A stretch of DNA of 64,000 nucleotides from Candidatus Bathyarchaeota archaeon (GCA_963828195.1 CAWHDT010000005.1:576001-640000), one strand, 5' to 3'. Shown: positions 50,754-59,887, numbered from the stretch's first letter. Notes: a model not told the origin generated them from the letters alone. Numbers and translations: made by a program.

Positions 50754-52203
50754 CAATCTCTTCTTCCTCGACGTCTTCCTCTAACTCTGTTTCTTTTTCA
50801 GCAATTGTTTCGGCTTCATCTTGAGCTGGCTCTTCTTCAGACCAGAGTCTTTCTCGATAGTCTTCTTCAACGCCTCGGTTTACTTGGGCAAATAAGGGTG
50901 TACTCAAAATGGTGGTTGGTATTTCTGCCCCAACTTGCAATTCTATTCTTTCCTTACCCCCTGAAAGCTTGAATGCCCAAAACCGTACGTCATCCAAAAC
51001 AGTGTGGTTTTGCTCGATATTCATCCATCGAGTAGAGTACGAAGACATTGCAAAAGGGGTTACTGGCTGCTGGATACCGTTAGTAGTAAAATGCCAACCT
51101 GGAATAATTTTCAAAAAGAGATTTTTCCCAACTTTAGTAAACGTTGCTTTGCATGATCGATGTGCATAGTATTTGCCAGTCTTTGATTTAGTGACTATTA
51201 TACGTGTAAATTCTCGCTTTCCTATTTTCCACTTTGCAAATCTATTTTCATCGCCGTCTTTTTCTAATGGAAAAAATGTTTTCTTATTTGTCCAATCATA
51301 GACCATTCCAATTTTCTTCATGTGCTCAGTCATTGCCCGATTTAGAAGTTCTATGATTATGGATGATTCTTCTGAATCAACTAATCCTTTGATAGCAACT
51401 CTTTCGGTTGAGGTCCCCTCCAAAATGGCAGATAGTTTCTGTTGAGGATTATTAAGCGGCGTAAACGAGTATACTTGTTGTGTTTGCTCTCTTAGAACAA
51501 AAAGGGGTAAAGAGGTTTCACCTAGCATTGCGAAAACATCAGGGCGTCTTTTGATTTTAGAATATGCAACATTCAGGTACTCAGGCATCTCAATAACTTG
51601 AAACAGATTGGAGGCTATGTTTTCTTCTTGAATATCAGGAAGAACAGAATCAACTGGTTGAGAAGGAATGTTAGATGTCTGGACGGAATCAAGCACTGAT
51701 CTGATAGTTTTTCCAGTAAGTCTTGCCAAGAGCTTCTTTATTTCTTTGGGAAATGCTTGGTCATTACGGAAGTCTAGCCATTTGAGGATTTGTATTGAGG
51801 CAGGAATATCGCAATTTCGCCTAAGTATGGGTATTATTCTAGCCTTTATTCCTGCGGGGTCCTGGTATACTGGTATACTCCGTTCAAGAGTAGTCCAATC
51901 AGATTTTAGCCAGTCAGGTGAGATAATAATTCCTATAAAACGAGACTTTTGTAACGCAGCCTCTATTTTAAGAAGTAAGTTTTCTCCGGGTTCTATATCC
52001 CATGGAGCATAGAAACATTTCAAGAGTCTGCCTTGATATGGTTCTTGTTCAATACGTTTAACAAGTAATTCAGCGAATTCAATATCAGCCGTGTTGTAAG
52101 AAATGAAGATGTCATACTGAATATCAGTGTCGTCTTGCATCCAAGGGTCTTCCTTGGTCATAGTCTGTTGATATATTATATAGCTTTTAGGTTTAATCAT
52201 CAC
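50737..52203 (-). CDS. TIR-APAZ partner of short pAgo
   Basis: YDIFISY...DIEPGE...SPDWLKSDWTTLE (TIR with catalytic Glu); EENIASNLF, PGWHFTTNG (APAZ-like); acidic tail; overlaps pAgo start. Confidence 0.9.
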   Translation of the reverse strand: MMIKPKSYIIYQQTMTKEDPWMQDDTDIQYDIFISYNTADIEFAELLVKRIEQEPYQGRLLKCFYAPWDIEPGENLLLKIEAALQKSRFIGIIISPDWLKSDWTTLERSIPVYQDPAGIKARIIPILRRNCDIPASIQILKWLDFRNDQAFPKEIKKLLARLTGKTIRSVLDSVQTSNIPSQPVDSVLPDIQEENIASNLFQVIEMPEYLNVAYSKIKRRPDVFAMLGETSLPLFVLREQTQQVYSFTPLNNPQQKLSAILEGTSTERVAIKGLVDSEESSIIIELLNRAMTEHMKKIGMVYDWTNKKTFFPLEKDGDENRFAKWKIGKREFTRIIVTKSKTGKYYAHRSCKATFTKVGKNLFLKIIPGWHFTTNGIQQPVTPFAMSSYSTRWMNIEQNHTVLDDVRFWAFKLSGGKERIELQVGAEIPTTILSTPLFAQVNRGVEEDYRERLWSEEEPAQDEAETIAEKETELEEDVEEEEIDDCTD

Positions 52204-52243
52204 TTAATAGAGCGCGACCTCAACTCTAAAAATCACATTCCGG

Positions 52244-52259
52244 ATATTGGCGCGCGCTC
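52244..52259. repeat. Left inverted repeat of the two-gene nuclease module
   Basis: ATATTGGCGCGCGCTC; 14/16 reverse-complement match to 53857-53872. Confidence 0.55.
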
Positions 52260-52364
52260 AAGTGCATCATAGAAGAATCTATTAAAACACTTTAAACAAA
52301 TAGGAATATATGAATGCTTAATAACAGTCCATTTGACAAGTAACACAGACTGAGGGAAGATGGT

Positions 52365-53267
52365 ATGGTTACAAGCGGCAAAGCTAACAAGTGTTATATC
52401 GCTGCATCGGCAAATGACGACCTTCTTTTAAAAATTAAGAAGTATCTTGAAGACCGTGAAATTGAGGTAACCGACGCTTATAGTTTTGAGCTGTCAGAAT
52501 CAAGTTTGATTGTTCAGAATGAAATGAAAATAAAGAAAAGCACATTCTTTGTGGCAATTATATCCTTAGTTGAACCTAACCCTAACGTTTTCTATGAGTT
52601 GGGCATCGCGAGGGCAATGTGTAAGCCGACTTTCCTGATTATTCGTGACAAAGGTAATTTGCCAACGTCGATTGCGGAAATGAACTATGTAAGAGCGTCT
52701 AGTGCTAACTTAGAAACAATATTTTATAGCTTAGACAGGTTCCTCAATGTTGTTGTCGGCAAATCTAAACAAAAGAAAGTGTGTACCTCAGAATATGATA
52801 AGCCCTTGGAAGTCAAAGGACCTATTTACATAGAAGAAACTGAGCAACAGTTTGTTTTGCCAAAAAATGAAGAACAACTTGTTAGAGATATAGAGGCTCT
52901 GTTTGATAGACAAGGTATCGTTTACTTTGTAGAGAAACTAGATAACAGTAGGGTTGATATGTCCCTCTGGGTTGATTCCCTTGAAAAATCGATTGGAAAC
53001 CCAATTCTAGTTGAATTAAAGGCTGGTCGCCTAACAGAAGCAATCATTTGTAATGCTGAACAAAAATTAATCGAATCCATAAAGACTGTTCATGGCCGAG
53101 GCGGTTTGTTAATTTATTCAGATTCGAGCGGCAGGCATTTTAAGCGTTCCAAGTGGAAATCTCCACTAATAATACGTCTAGATTTCAAAGAACTGCTAAA
53201 CAATAATGCCCCTATTGATTTAGTCATTTTGTCAGAACGGAACCAAATTGTACATTCGGGAGAATGA
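52365..53267 (+). CDS. Nucleoside-deoxyribosyltransferase/TIR-like domain fused to a PD-(D/E)XK nuclease-like domain
   Basis: NPNVFYELGIARAMCKP; C-terminal VDMSLW...PILVELK. Confidence 0.75.
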   Translation: MVTSGKANKCYIAASANDDLLLKIKKYLEDREIEVTDAYSFELSESSLIVQNEMKIKKSTFFVAIISLVEPNPNVFYELGIARAMCKPTFLIIRDKGNLPTSIAEMNYVRASSANLETIFYSLDRFLNVVVGKSKQKKVCTSEYDKPLEVKGPIYIEETEQQFVLPKNEEQLVRDIEALFDRQGIVYFVEKLDNSRVDMSLWVDSLEKSIGNPILVELKAGRLTEAIICNAEQKLIESIKTVHGRGGLLIYSDSSGRHFKRSKWKSPLIIRLDFKELLNNNAPIDLVILSERNQIVHSGE

Positions 53268-53816
53268 TTCCCTTGACCCAATATTCACAAAGTAAGATCA
53301 GAAGTTATTTTGACATTTCAGACGCAGCACCCAATGACGCTGGAGGAAGGACATTAAAGGGTAGAACACTTGAAGACCTGATTTACTATATTTTTGAGAG
53401 GGTTCCAGGTATTCCTATCATCGAAAGAAACCTACAGAACGCTTTCCAAACTGAAGAAATTGATCTTGCTTTCTGGAACGAAAAAACGGTTAAGGGTCTA
53501 ATATTTCCTGCCTAATCTTATAATAGTTGAATGTAAAAACTGGTCAAGTTCAGTCGATACTGACGCAGTTTCCTATTTTAAGAACAAAATTGAAGAAAGA
53601 GGTTTAGATTTTGGAGTGCTTGTAGCAGCGAACGGAATCACAGGCGATAGAGAAGTTCTCTCAAGAGCTAATTTCATAATTGCCACAGCATTGGCTCACG
53701 GAATCCGCATAATCGTTTTAACACGAGGTGAAATTGAAACCCTCAGAACTACAGCAGATCTAGTATTATTGATAAAGAAGAAATTATGCAAATTAATTCT
53801 TACTCAATCAGTATAA
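53264..53816 (+). pseudogene. Mrr-like restriction endonuclease with one +1 frameshift near 53500
   Basis: KGRTLEDL...EEIDL, then shifted YFLPNLIIVECKNWS...GVLVAANGITG; span is 184 codons plus 1 nt. Confidence 0.8.
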
Positions 53817-53856
53817 AAGTACTCCGAAACATTACTGAAAAAATGGGGAAGCTGAA

Positions 53857-53872
53857 GAGCGCGCGTCAACAT
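53857..53872. repeat. Right inverted repeat of the two-gene nuclease module
   Basis: GAGCGCGCGTCAACAT. Confidence 0.55.
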
Positions 53873-53942
53873 AAGTCTCATGAAATTGACTTCATACAGG
53901 AAAACAAAATCCTTAAAATTTCCTGAAACTCCCTTGGGGCAT

Positions 53943-54968
53943 CTAAGATGTTAAATTTTCATTAAATTTCTTCAAGTAATCGACTGTTATCTGTTCAACG
54001 ATCTTTGCATAGTCAATTTTAAGGTTGCTTAACCGAAGAAAACGAATTCCAGAGGCGTTTGCTTTTCGTATAGCTGCCGGTGTCGCTTTTCTAAAAACTA
54101 TCATACCATATGTATTCTTGGCTAAATAGCTAGTAATTTTGTCTTTTTCACGACTCTTTGCCCATTCAATTTTTTTAAGGAAAGAGTTTACCGTGTAACC
54201 TGTTACTGGAAACCGAGTGTAAACATCTATAGCAAGGTATTTTTTTTCTATTGTGTTTTCTCTGAAATGGTAAAAAATATCAAACGTCATACCGCCAGTG
54301 ATCTTTAACGTTTCTCGTTTTCTTGGTCTTATCGCGTCGTCATAGCTGAGCATGACGTCAATAGGGTACAAGTTCATTATTAGTTCGTGGACTATTTTTA
54401 GGACTGAAAACTCGGCTAAATCTTTAACAATAATTGATTGCTCATCCAGCCCCATTTTCCAAGCATGAGATTTAGGAACGTAAAAGTCGGTATTTCCTAA
54501 GTGCACTTTCTCAATAAATCCCAGTTTCTCTAATCGCCTCGTTGTGTATTCAACAACATTTCCTGGTGCGGGGACCAAGCGTTTCAGATCATACAATGAG
54601 AAGTAGAAAACATCTTTGTTTAAACTCAAAAATTTTTCAAGGAGGCGCTTTTGAAACTGGGTCAAAAGACTGCCCATTTTGTTTTTTACTTCTTTCTCAG
54701 GTTTGTTTTTTAAAAATAACAGCTTGCCTTGTCTACCAAAAATAGTTGGCTTTTGTTCGTTTGTTGCTTTAAAAGCTTCAATGCACCTGCAATCGCCAGA
54801 GGTTAGGAACTTAATGCTTTTTACTATTGTATAGTTGCCGCAACTACCTTCAAGCAAACTCTTAAGCCTAGCAGTTGTACACATACCTTCTTTCTGCACA
54901 AGGTTTACAGCGGCCTCTCTTCTTCCCTTACAAGCAAGTTCACAAGGACAACTAATAGGATTTCCCAT
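53943..54968 (-). CDS. Winged-helix plus restriction-endonuclease-fold protein (putative)
   Basis: TTRRLEKLGFIEKV (wHTH); TFDIF...LAIDVY...AIRKANASGIRFL (REase-like, canonical Lys absent). Confidence 0.65.
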   Translation of the reverse strand: MGNPISCPCELACKGRREAAVNLVQKEGMCTTARLKSLLEGSCGNYTIVKSIKFLTSGDCRCIEAFKATNEQKPTIFGRQGKLLFLKNKPEKEVKNKMGSLLTQFQKRLLEKFLSLNKDVFYFSLYDLKRLVPAPGNVVEYTTRRLEKLGFIEKVHLGNTDFYVPKSHAWKMGLDEQSIIVKDLAEFSVLKIVHELIMNLYPIDVMLSYDDAIRPRKRETLKITGGMTFDIFYHFRENTIEKKYLAIDVYTRFPVTGYTVNSFLKKIEWAKSREKDKITSYLAKNTYGMIVFRKATPAAIRKANASGIRFLRLSNLKIDYAKIVEQITVDYLKKFNENLTS

Positions 54969-55035
54969 TAATCTTAACCGTTAATTTGTTCAACAGTCGA
55001 GTTATTAATAACCATTCCCTAGAAATTAAGTGATT

Positions 55036-55152
55036 GTAATCTAGTAATAAGAAAGGAAATATAGTAAAATGAAATTATTGAAAATTATTTGATATTCTAT
55101 TGAATTACTAGTTTCCTCATTACTAATCAGATTACTAGTAAATTACTAGATT
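55036..55152. repeat. AT-rich cluster of ATTACTA(G) direct and inverted repeats
   Basis: ATTACTA at 55104, 55119, 55131 and 55142; inverted TAGTAAT at 55042. Confidence 0.55.
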
Positions 55153-55420
55153 TAAGGTTATGTCGGGAATTTATGTCAACAACTAATTGAACGAGTTTAG
55201 CTATTGTATACTTAGTCAAGATTGCAAGGATCCACTTGCAGCCTCTACCACATGAACCCAACATGGAGTTGGAGAACCGCGCGCTGGCAAGCTGCAAGGC
55301 AATCTTGATTTTTGTAGTCTTTGACTCGTACTTTTAGAAAAAAAAGACAGGCTGGAGATATTGCGATATTTCCATAATGAAATTCGATTTTCCAGCTTAA
55401 CTTTTTGTGTTTTGGTTTGT

Positions 55421-55448
55421 TTTTTTGTTGCGACTTTTCGGATGGGCG
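55421..55448. repeat. Partial copy of the dispersed repeat at the right edge of the island
   Basis: TTTTTTGTTGCGACTTTTCGGATGGGCG versus TTTTGGTTGCGACTTTGGGATGGGCG (48931-48956). Confidence 0.7.
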
Positions 55449-55468
55449 CTGGGGAAGCTGCGGCGTGG

Positions 55469-56314
55469 CTATTTTTTCAGTTTTGCTTGGACTTTTTCGA
55501 CGATTTGCATGAAGGCTTTTGCCGCCGCCGAATTCTTCTGCGCCACGATGAACGGTTCGCCCCTGTCGGAGTCCACGCCGATTTTCGGGTCAATCGGGAT
55601 GCTGCCGAGGAAAGCCACGTCCATCTCTTTAGCCATTTTTTCTCCTCCGCCTGACTCGAAAATCTCTGTTTTCGTTCCGCAGTGAGGGCAGACAAAGCCG
55701 CTCATGTTTTCGACAACGCCGATGATCGGCATGTTTAGGCGTTCGGCGAAGGTGATGGCTTTCTTGACCACGCTGCTTGAGAGTCCAGTAGGCATGGTGA
55801 CGATGACGACGCCGTCTATGTCAGGCAGCAGCTGCGCGATGCTGAGCGGCTCATCGCCCGTGCCAGGCGGCAAATCAATGAATAGAAAATCCAGTTCACC
55901 CCAAACAATGTCTACGAGAAACTGCTTTATCGCCTTCATCTTCAGCGGTCCACGCCAAATCGTCGGCGCTTCCTCAGGCAAAAAGAAGTCAATCGACATA
56001 ACCCTCATCCCCAGCGGACCGTCAACTGGAAAAGCCCCGGGAGGACCATACTTAACCTGCTGCCCCTCCAACCCCAGAAGCTTAGGCACGCTTGGCCCAT
56101 GAATGTCGGCGTCTAAAACCCCAACCTTGAACCCCTTCGCAGCAAAAGCCGTTGCAAGGTTAACGGTTACGGTGCTTTTTCCAACCCCGCCTTTGCCGCT
56201 GATAACCGCGATTTTATGTTTGATCTTGCTCATTCGCTCTTTCAGTTTATTTTGCTCTTCTGACTGCTGTTTCTTGTATTCTTCAAGCTGAGCCATATTT
56301 CTCTCTAAAGCCAT
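55469..56314 (-). CDS. Mrp/NBP35 (ApbC) Fe-S carrier ATPase
   Basis: SGKGGVGKST, DADIHGPS, DLPPGTGD, ENMSGFVCPHC. Confidence 0.96.
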   Translation of the reverse strand: MALERNMAQLEEYKKQQSEEQNKLKERMSKIKHKIAVISGKGGVGKSTVTVNLATAFAAKGFKVGVLDADIHGPSVPKLLGLEGQQVKYGPPGAFPVDGPLGMRVMSIDFFLPEEAPTIWRGPLKMKAIKQFLVDIVWGELDFLFIDLPPGTGDEPLSIAQLLPDIDGVVIVTMPTGLSSSVVKKAITFAERLNMPIIGVVENMSGFVCPHCGTKTEIFESGGGEKMAKEMDVAFLGSIPIDPKIGVDSDRGEPFIVAQKNSAAAKAFMQIVEKVQAKLKK

Positions 56315-56425
56315 AAAAACACCAATCCCTGAAATCTCGTTAAAGTTTGATTCCCAAGTAAGCTAAAATAGTTTATGGTGTCTTATTCAAGTTAAGGCTA
56401 AACTGTTTTCGTGGGATGAAAAATA

Positions 56426-57394
56426 ATGGTGGAACTTGAAGATATATTGCAGGCACAAAGGAACATAGCGGGCTACGCCAAGGTCACGCCGCTGATCAGG
56501 TCGAATTTTGTAAGCGAATTGATAGAGGGAAACGTTTTTCTAAAGATGGAAAACGAGCAGGTAACGCATTCTTTTAAGGTTCGCGGCGTAATCAACAAGC
56601 TTCTAAGTTTGTCTGCTGAGGAAAAAGCCAAAGGAGTGGTTACGGCTTCAGCGGGCAATCATGGACAAGCCGTGGCTTATGGCGCGCAGAAGCTGGGTTT
56701 TCAAGCGAAAATTGTTGTGCCCGCTCATGCGCCGAAGGTTAAGGTGGACGGAATAAAACAGTTTGGCGCGGAACTTTTGCTGTTCGGCGAGACTTATGAT
56801 GAGGCAGAAAAGAAAGCCAAGCAACTCGCGGCTCAAGAAGGACGGCTTTTCATCTCTCCGTACAATGACGAGCGGATTGTGGCTGGGCATGGAACAGTGG
56901 GGTTAGAAATCCTCAAGGAACAGCCAAGTGTTGACGTTGTCGTTGTTCCCGTTGGGGGAGGCGGTTTAATCGGAGGCATCGCCATCGCCGTTAAAACACA
57001 GAAGCCAACGGTGCGCGTCATCGGGGTCCAGTCTGCGGCCTCACCAGTCATGTACGAGTCTTTGAAGGCGGGAAAGATTGTTCCGCCGCATAGACATGAG
57101 CGCTACACTATAGCGGAGGGGCTGGTGGGTGCAGTGGAGAAAGGCTCAATCACCTTCCTCATTGCCCAGCAGTACGTTGACGAGGTAACACTGGTTCGGG
57201 AAGAGCTTATCAGGAGGGCTGTTTACTTGCTGTGGAAGAACGAGAAGCAGGTAGTTGAGGGTTCAGGCGCCGCGGGTGTTGCGTGGCTCATAGAAAACAA
57301 GGCTGCCTTCGCTGGAAAAACTGTTGCGGTTGTGATAAGCGGGGGAAACATCGACCAGTACCTTTTCGACGGCATCGTAGCCGAAGAAGAGTAA
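56426..57394 (+). CDS. Threonine/serine dehydratase (PLP), lacking the regulatory domain
   Basis: SFKVRG, ASAGNHGQ, PVGGGGL, ISGGN. Confidence 0.94.
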   Translation: MVELEDILQAQRNIAGYAKVTPLIRSNFVSELIEGNVFLKMENEQVTHSFKVRGVINKLLSLSAEEKAKGVVTASAGNHGQAVAYGAQKLGFQAKIVVPAHAPKVKVDGIKQFGAELLLFGETYDEAEKKAKQLAAQEGRLFISPYNDERIVAGHGTVGLEILKEQPSVDVVVVPVGGGGLIGGIAIAVKTQKPTVRVIGVQSAASPVMYESLKAGKIVPPHRHERYTIAEGLVGAVEKGSITFLIAQQYVDEVTLVREELIRRAVYLLWKNEKQVVEGSGAAGVAWLIENKAAFAGKTVAVVISGGNIDQYLFDGIVAEEE

Positions 57395-57397
57395 CGG

Positions 57398-57883
57398 TCA
57401 ACCCAGTTTGTAGCCGATTTTGCGCAGAAACTCCCGTCGTTCTTTAATGTCTGCGTCGGTTTCTATGCCTTTGCTTTTTGACCCGTTGACCACGCCAACG
57501 ATGCCCCGTCCCTGCTCCGTCTCGGCAACTATTACTTCGAGCGGGTTAGCGGTGGCGGCGTAAATGGAGCAAACTTCAGGCGCATGCTTGATTTTATCAA
57601 GGACATTTAGCGGATAAGCGTTTTTTAGGATTATAAGAAAACTGTGCCCGCAACCGATTTCAAGGGCTTTCTCAGCCGCCAACCGACGCAGTTCCTCGTC
57701 GTTTCCTTCGTGCCTAACCAAACAAGGTCCTGAGCTTTCGCAGAAGCCAATGCCGAATTTGATGTTTGGGACAGAATTGACCAGGGCTTCATAGAGGTCT
57801 TCAGCGGTTTTTATGAAGTGCGCCATGCCAACGATGACGTTACAGTCTTTAGGCGGGTCAACTTTAACTATCTTAAACTCCAA
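57398..57883 (-). CDS. DUF355 / adenosine-specific kinase family protein
   Basis: [35 protein letters not shown]. Confidence 0.9.
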   Translation of the reverse strand: MEFKIVKVDPPKDCNVIVGMAHFIKTAEDLYEALVNSVPNIKFGIGFCESSGPCLVRHEGNDEELRRLAAEKALEIGCGHSFLIILKNAYPLNVLDKIKHAPEVCSIYAATANPLEVIVAETEQGRGIVGVVNGSKSKGIETDADIKERREFLRKIGYKLG

Positions 57884-58249
57884 CTTTAAGCCTCCAAAGC
57901 CTAATGAAATAACTGCGCTTTTAACATATAGCTTTTCGCTGACATCTTGTCAGGATATTTGTGCGTACGCAAGAGCCCACCTAATAGGTTTTCTAGATGA
58001 ACCAAACATAAACCTGATTTTTTATGGGAAAAGCGAGTTTTTCTAACTTATCTCTTAAGGAAGTAAAGAAATAGAGTGCCACATACGTTTAGGACTTGCC
58101 TTCGGACTTTTTTGGTATTTTTCGCTCGTGTCGATGTATGCCGTGAAGCGCAGTTATCAATCAACCGTTTAACCCTTAGTTATAGGAAATGATTTGGGGA
58201 AAGGCTTAAAAAAAGTTTATAACAAATATGAAAGTGGACTGCTTCAATC

Positions 58250-58648
58250 GTGGACGAGAAAGAAGAAAAAAGAATCTATACCGAAATTGAAAAAGCAAAC
58301 ATAATCCAAAGTCAACTTGATATTTTAGAGCGGAAATCTCATCAAAAGACGTTAGTTAAATTGTTCATTTTATTTGCTTGTGTCACAATTCTCATTGTGT
58401 CGGCCATAGTAACGTTTAGCCCAAAAACTGTTACCGGTTTCTATGTTACAGTAACTTTGAATTTCTCCTTTTTATTGATAGTTATAGCAATTTTGGGTTT
58501 AGATACATTTGCAGACTCAGTTAAAGAACGTGAAAATGCAGTAAACACTCTTAGAATAGATGTTCTAAAAGACAAGGTTCTTAGCCTACAAAAAGAATGC
58601 AGCGAATTAAAGCAAAAGTACGACGAATCATTGAAAGAAAAAACCTAA
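58250..58648 (+). CDS. Hypothetical 2-TM coiled-coil protein
   Basis: 132-aa ORF, two hydrophobic segments flanked by heptad-rich regions. Confidence 0.65.
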   Translation: MDEKEEKRIYTEIEKANIIQSQLDILERKSHQKTLVKLFILFACVTILIVSAIVTFSPKTVTGFYVTVTLNFSFLLIVIAILGLDTFADSVKERENAVNTLRIDVLKDKVLSLQKECSELKQKYDESLKEKT

Positions 58649-59119
58649 GTGAACATAAAATATTATTCGCTGAACCATTCTAGCTGCTTGCTTCCCTGCG
58701 TGGTGCCGAAGCTTGGGTCAATTTTCTCTTCTTCCTCAGCTTCTTCAATGGGTTCATGACTGTTTAGGAACAGGGCTAACTTTTCTTCGTTCTTCGGGTT
58801 TGCGAACTCCAAAACCTCAAAGCGACCTTCCTCCTTGCGTCTTCGGAGAATTAGTTAGTTTCGCGAAAAACCCTTAGAAGTTCAGGTTTACCCAAATAAT
58901 CTTCTAAAGAGAATCCAAATAGCAGAAGCCGTTTACCTTCAACATAAAAACGTGTTTTTCAATGTACATTTTTAGCAAAATCGATGTTGAGAACTTGGCA
59001 GGACTTGAAGTTGGAGGCTGTTTTTTGACGATAAATCTTATATGCGTCAACGCAGTGCCCTAGAGGTGTGTGCAATAAACAGTTTTTGCACCATAAACAG
59101 AAAGAAGGAGTTGAAAGTA

Positions 59120-59263
59120 GTGACCGAAAAAGAAATGCATAAAGCAACTTGCGCTGAATGCGGAAAAGAATGCGAAGTCCCATTCAAACCTGACCCAAGC
59201 AGGCCAGTTTACTGCCGAGAATGCTTTGCTAAGAAACGCCCAGCAAGGCCAAGACGATATTAA
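59120..59263 (+). CDS. CxxC-x17-CxxC zinc-finger protein
   Basis: MHKATCAECGKECEVPFKPDPSRPVYCRECF; GAAGGAG upstream of GTG. Confidence 0.9.
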   Translation: MTEKEMHKATCAECGKECEVPFKPDPSRPVYCRECFAKKRPARPRRY

Positions 59264-59408
59264 GCTAACCGCTTAACCATCAAACCTCACAATTTATTCA
59301 TCATTTTTTTTATCTTTCAATCATTTTTCTGCGTAAGCCCTGCTTTTGCCCAAACAAAAGCTAAATATCATTGAGTGGCTAATCAACAGGCTTATACTAA
59401 GGTGTCAA

Positions 59409-59486
59409 GGGCTGGTAGTTCAGTCTGGCATGAACGCTTGATTTGCATTCAAGAGGTCGGGGGTTCAAATCCCCCCCAGTCCACCA
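59409..59486 (+). tRNA. tRNA-Ala(TGC), CCA encoded
   Basis: GGGCTGG/CCAGTCC with G3:U70; CTTGA-TTTGCAT-TCAAG; GGTTCAAATCC. Confidence 0.96.
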
Positions 59487-59887
59487 CTCCATGCTTTTCA
59501 GTGATTCCAGACCAATGGAAAACGAGCACGTTATTTTCGTTTTTTGAAGATTTTGTTGCTGTTAAGCCCAAACACAAGCAAGCCCTGCCTCAACGAGTTT
59601 AGGAACCTCCTCTTCAGTGTGAGAGAGTCTGAATTTGCCAAGTTCGGGTGCCTCAGAATTTGTTCCCGACATCATCAATAGGACAACTAGTCCTTTCTCC
59701 GACTAACGTGTTTTTCTTCACAGGCAACATGTTCTAATGCAAGCGGTTAAATAAAAATAATCGCGCACGTTGCACCATAAAATGATTAGACAATTGGGTG
59801 AGAGAAATTATTTGTGTTCTCCCCGCGACTAATTTTAGGTTAAATAAGAAAAATGGGGTTTGCGAGTGAAATCGCGAGTTTGAGCAA

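Noticed and set aside
58660-58870. Short minus-strand protein-like fragment (RRRKEEGRFEVLEFANPKNEEK...)
   Set aside because: No start codon and no recognisable family; cannot support a call
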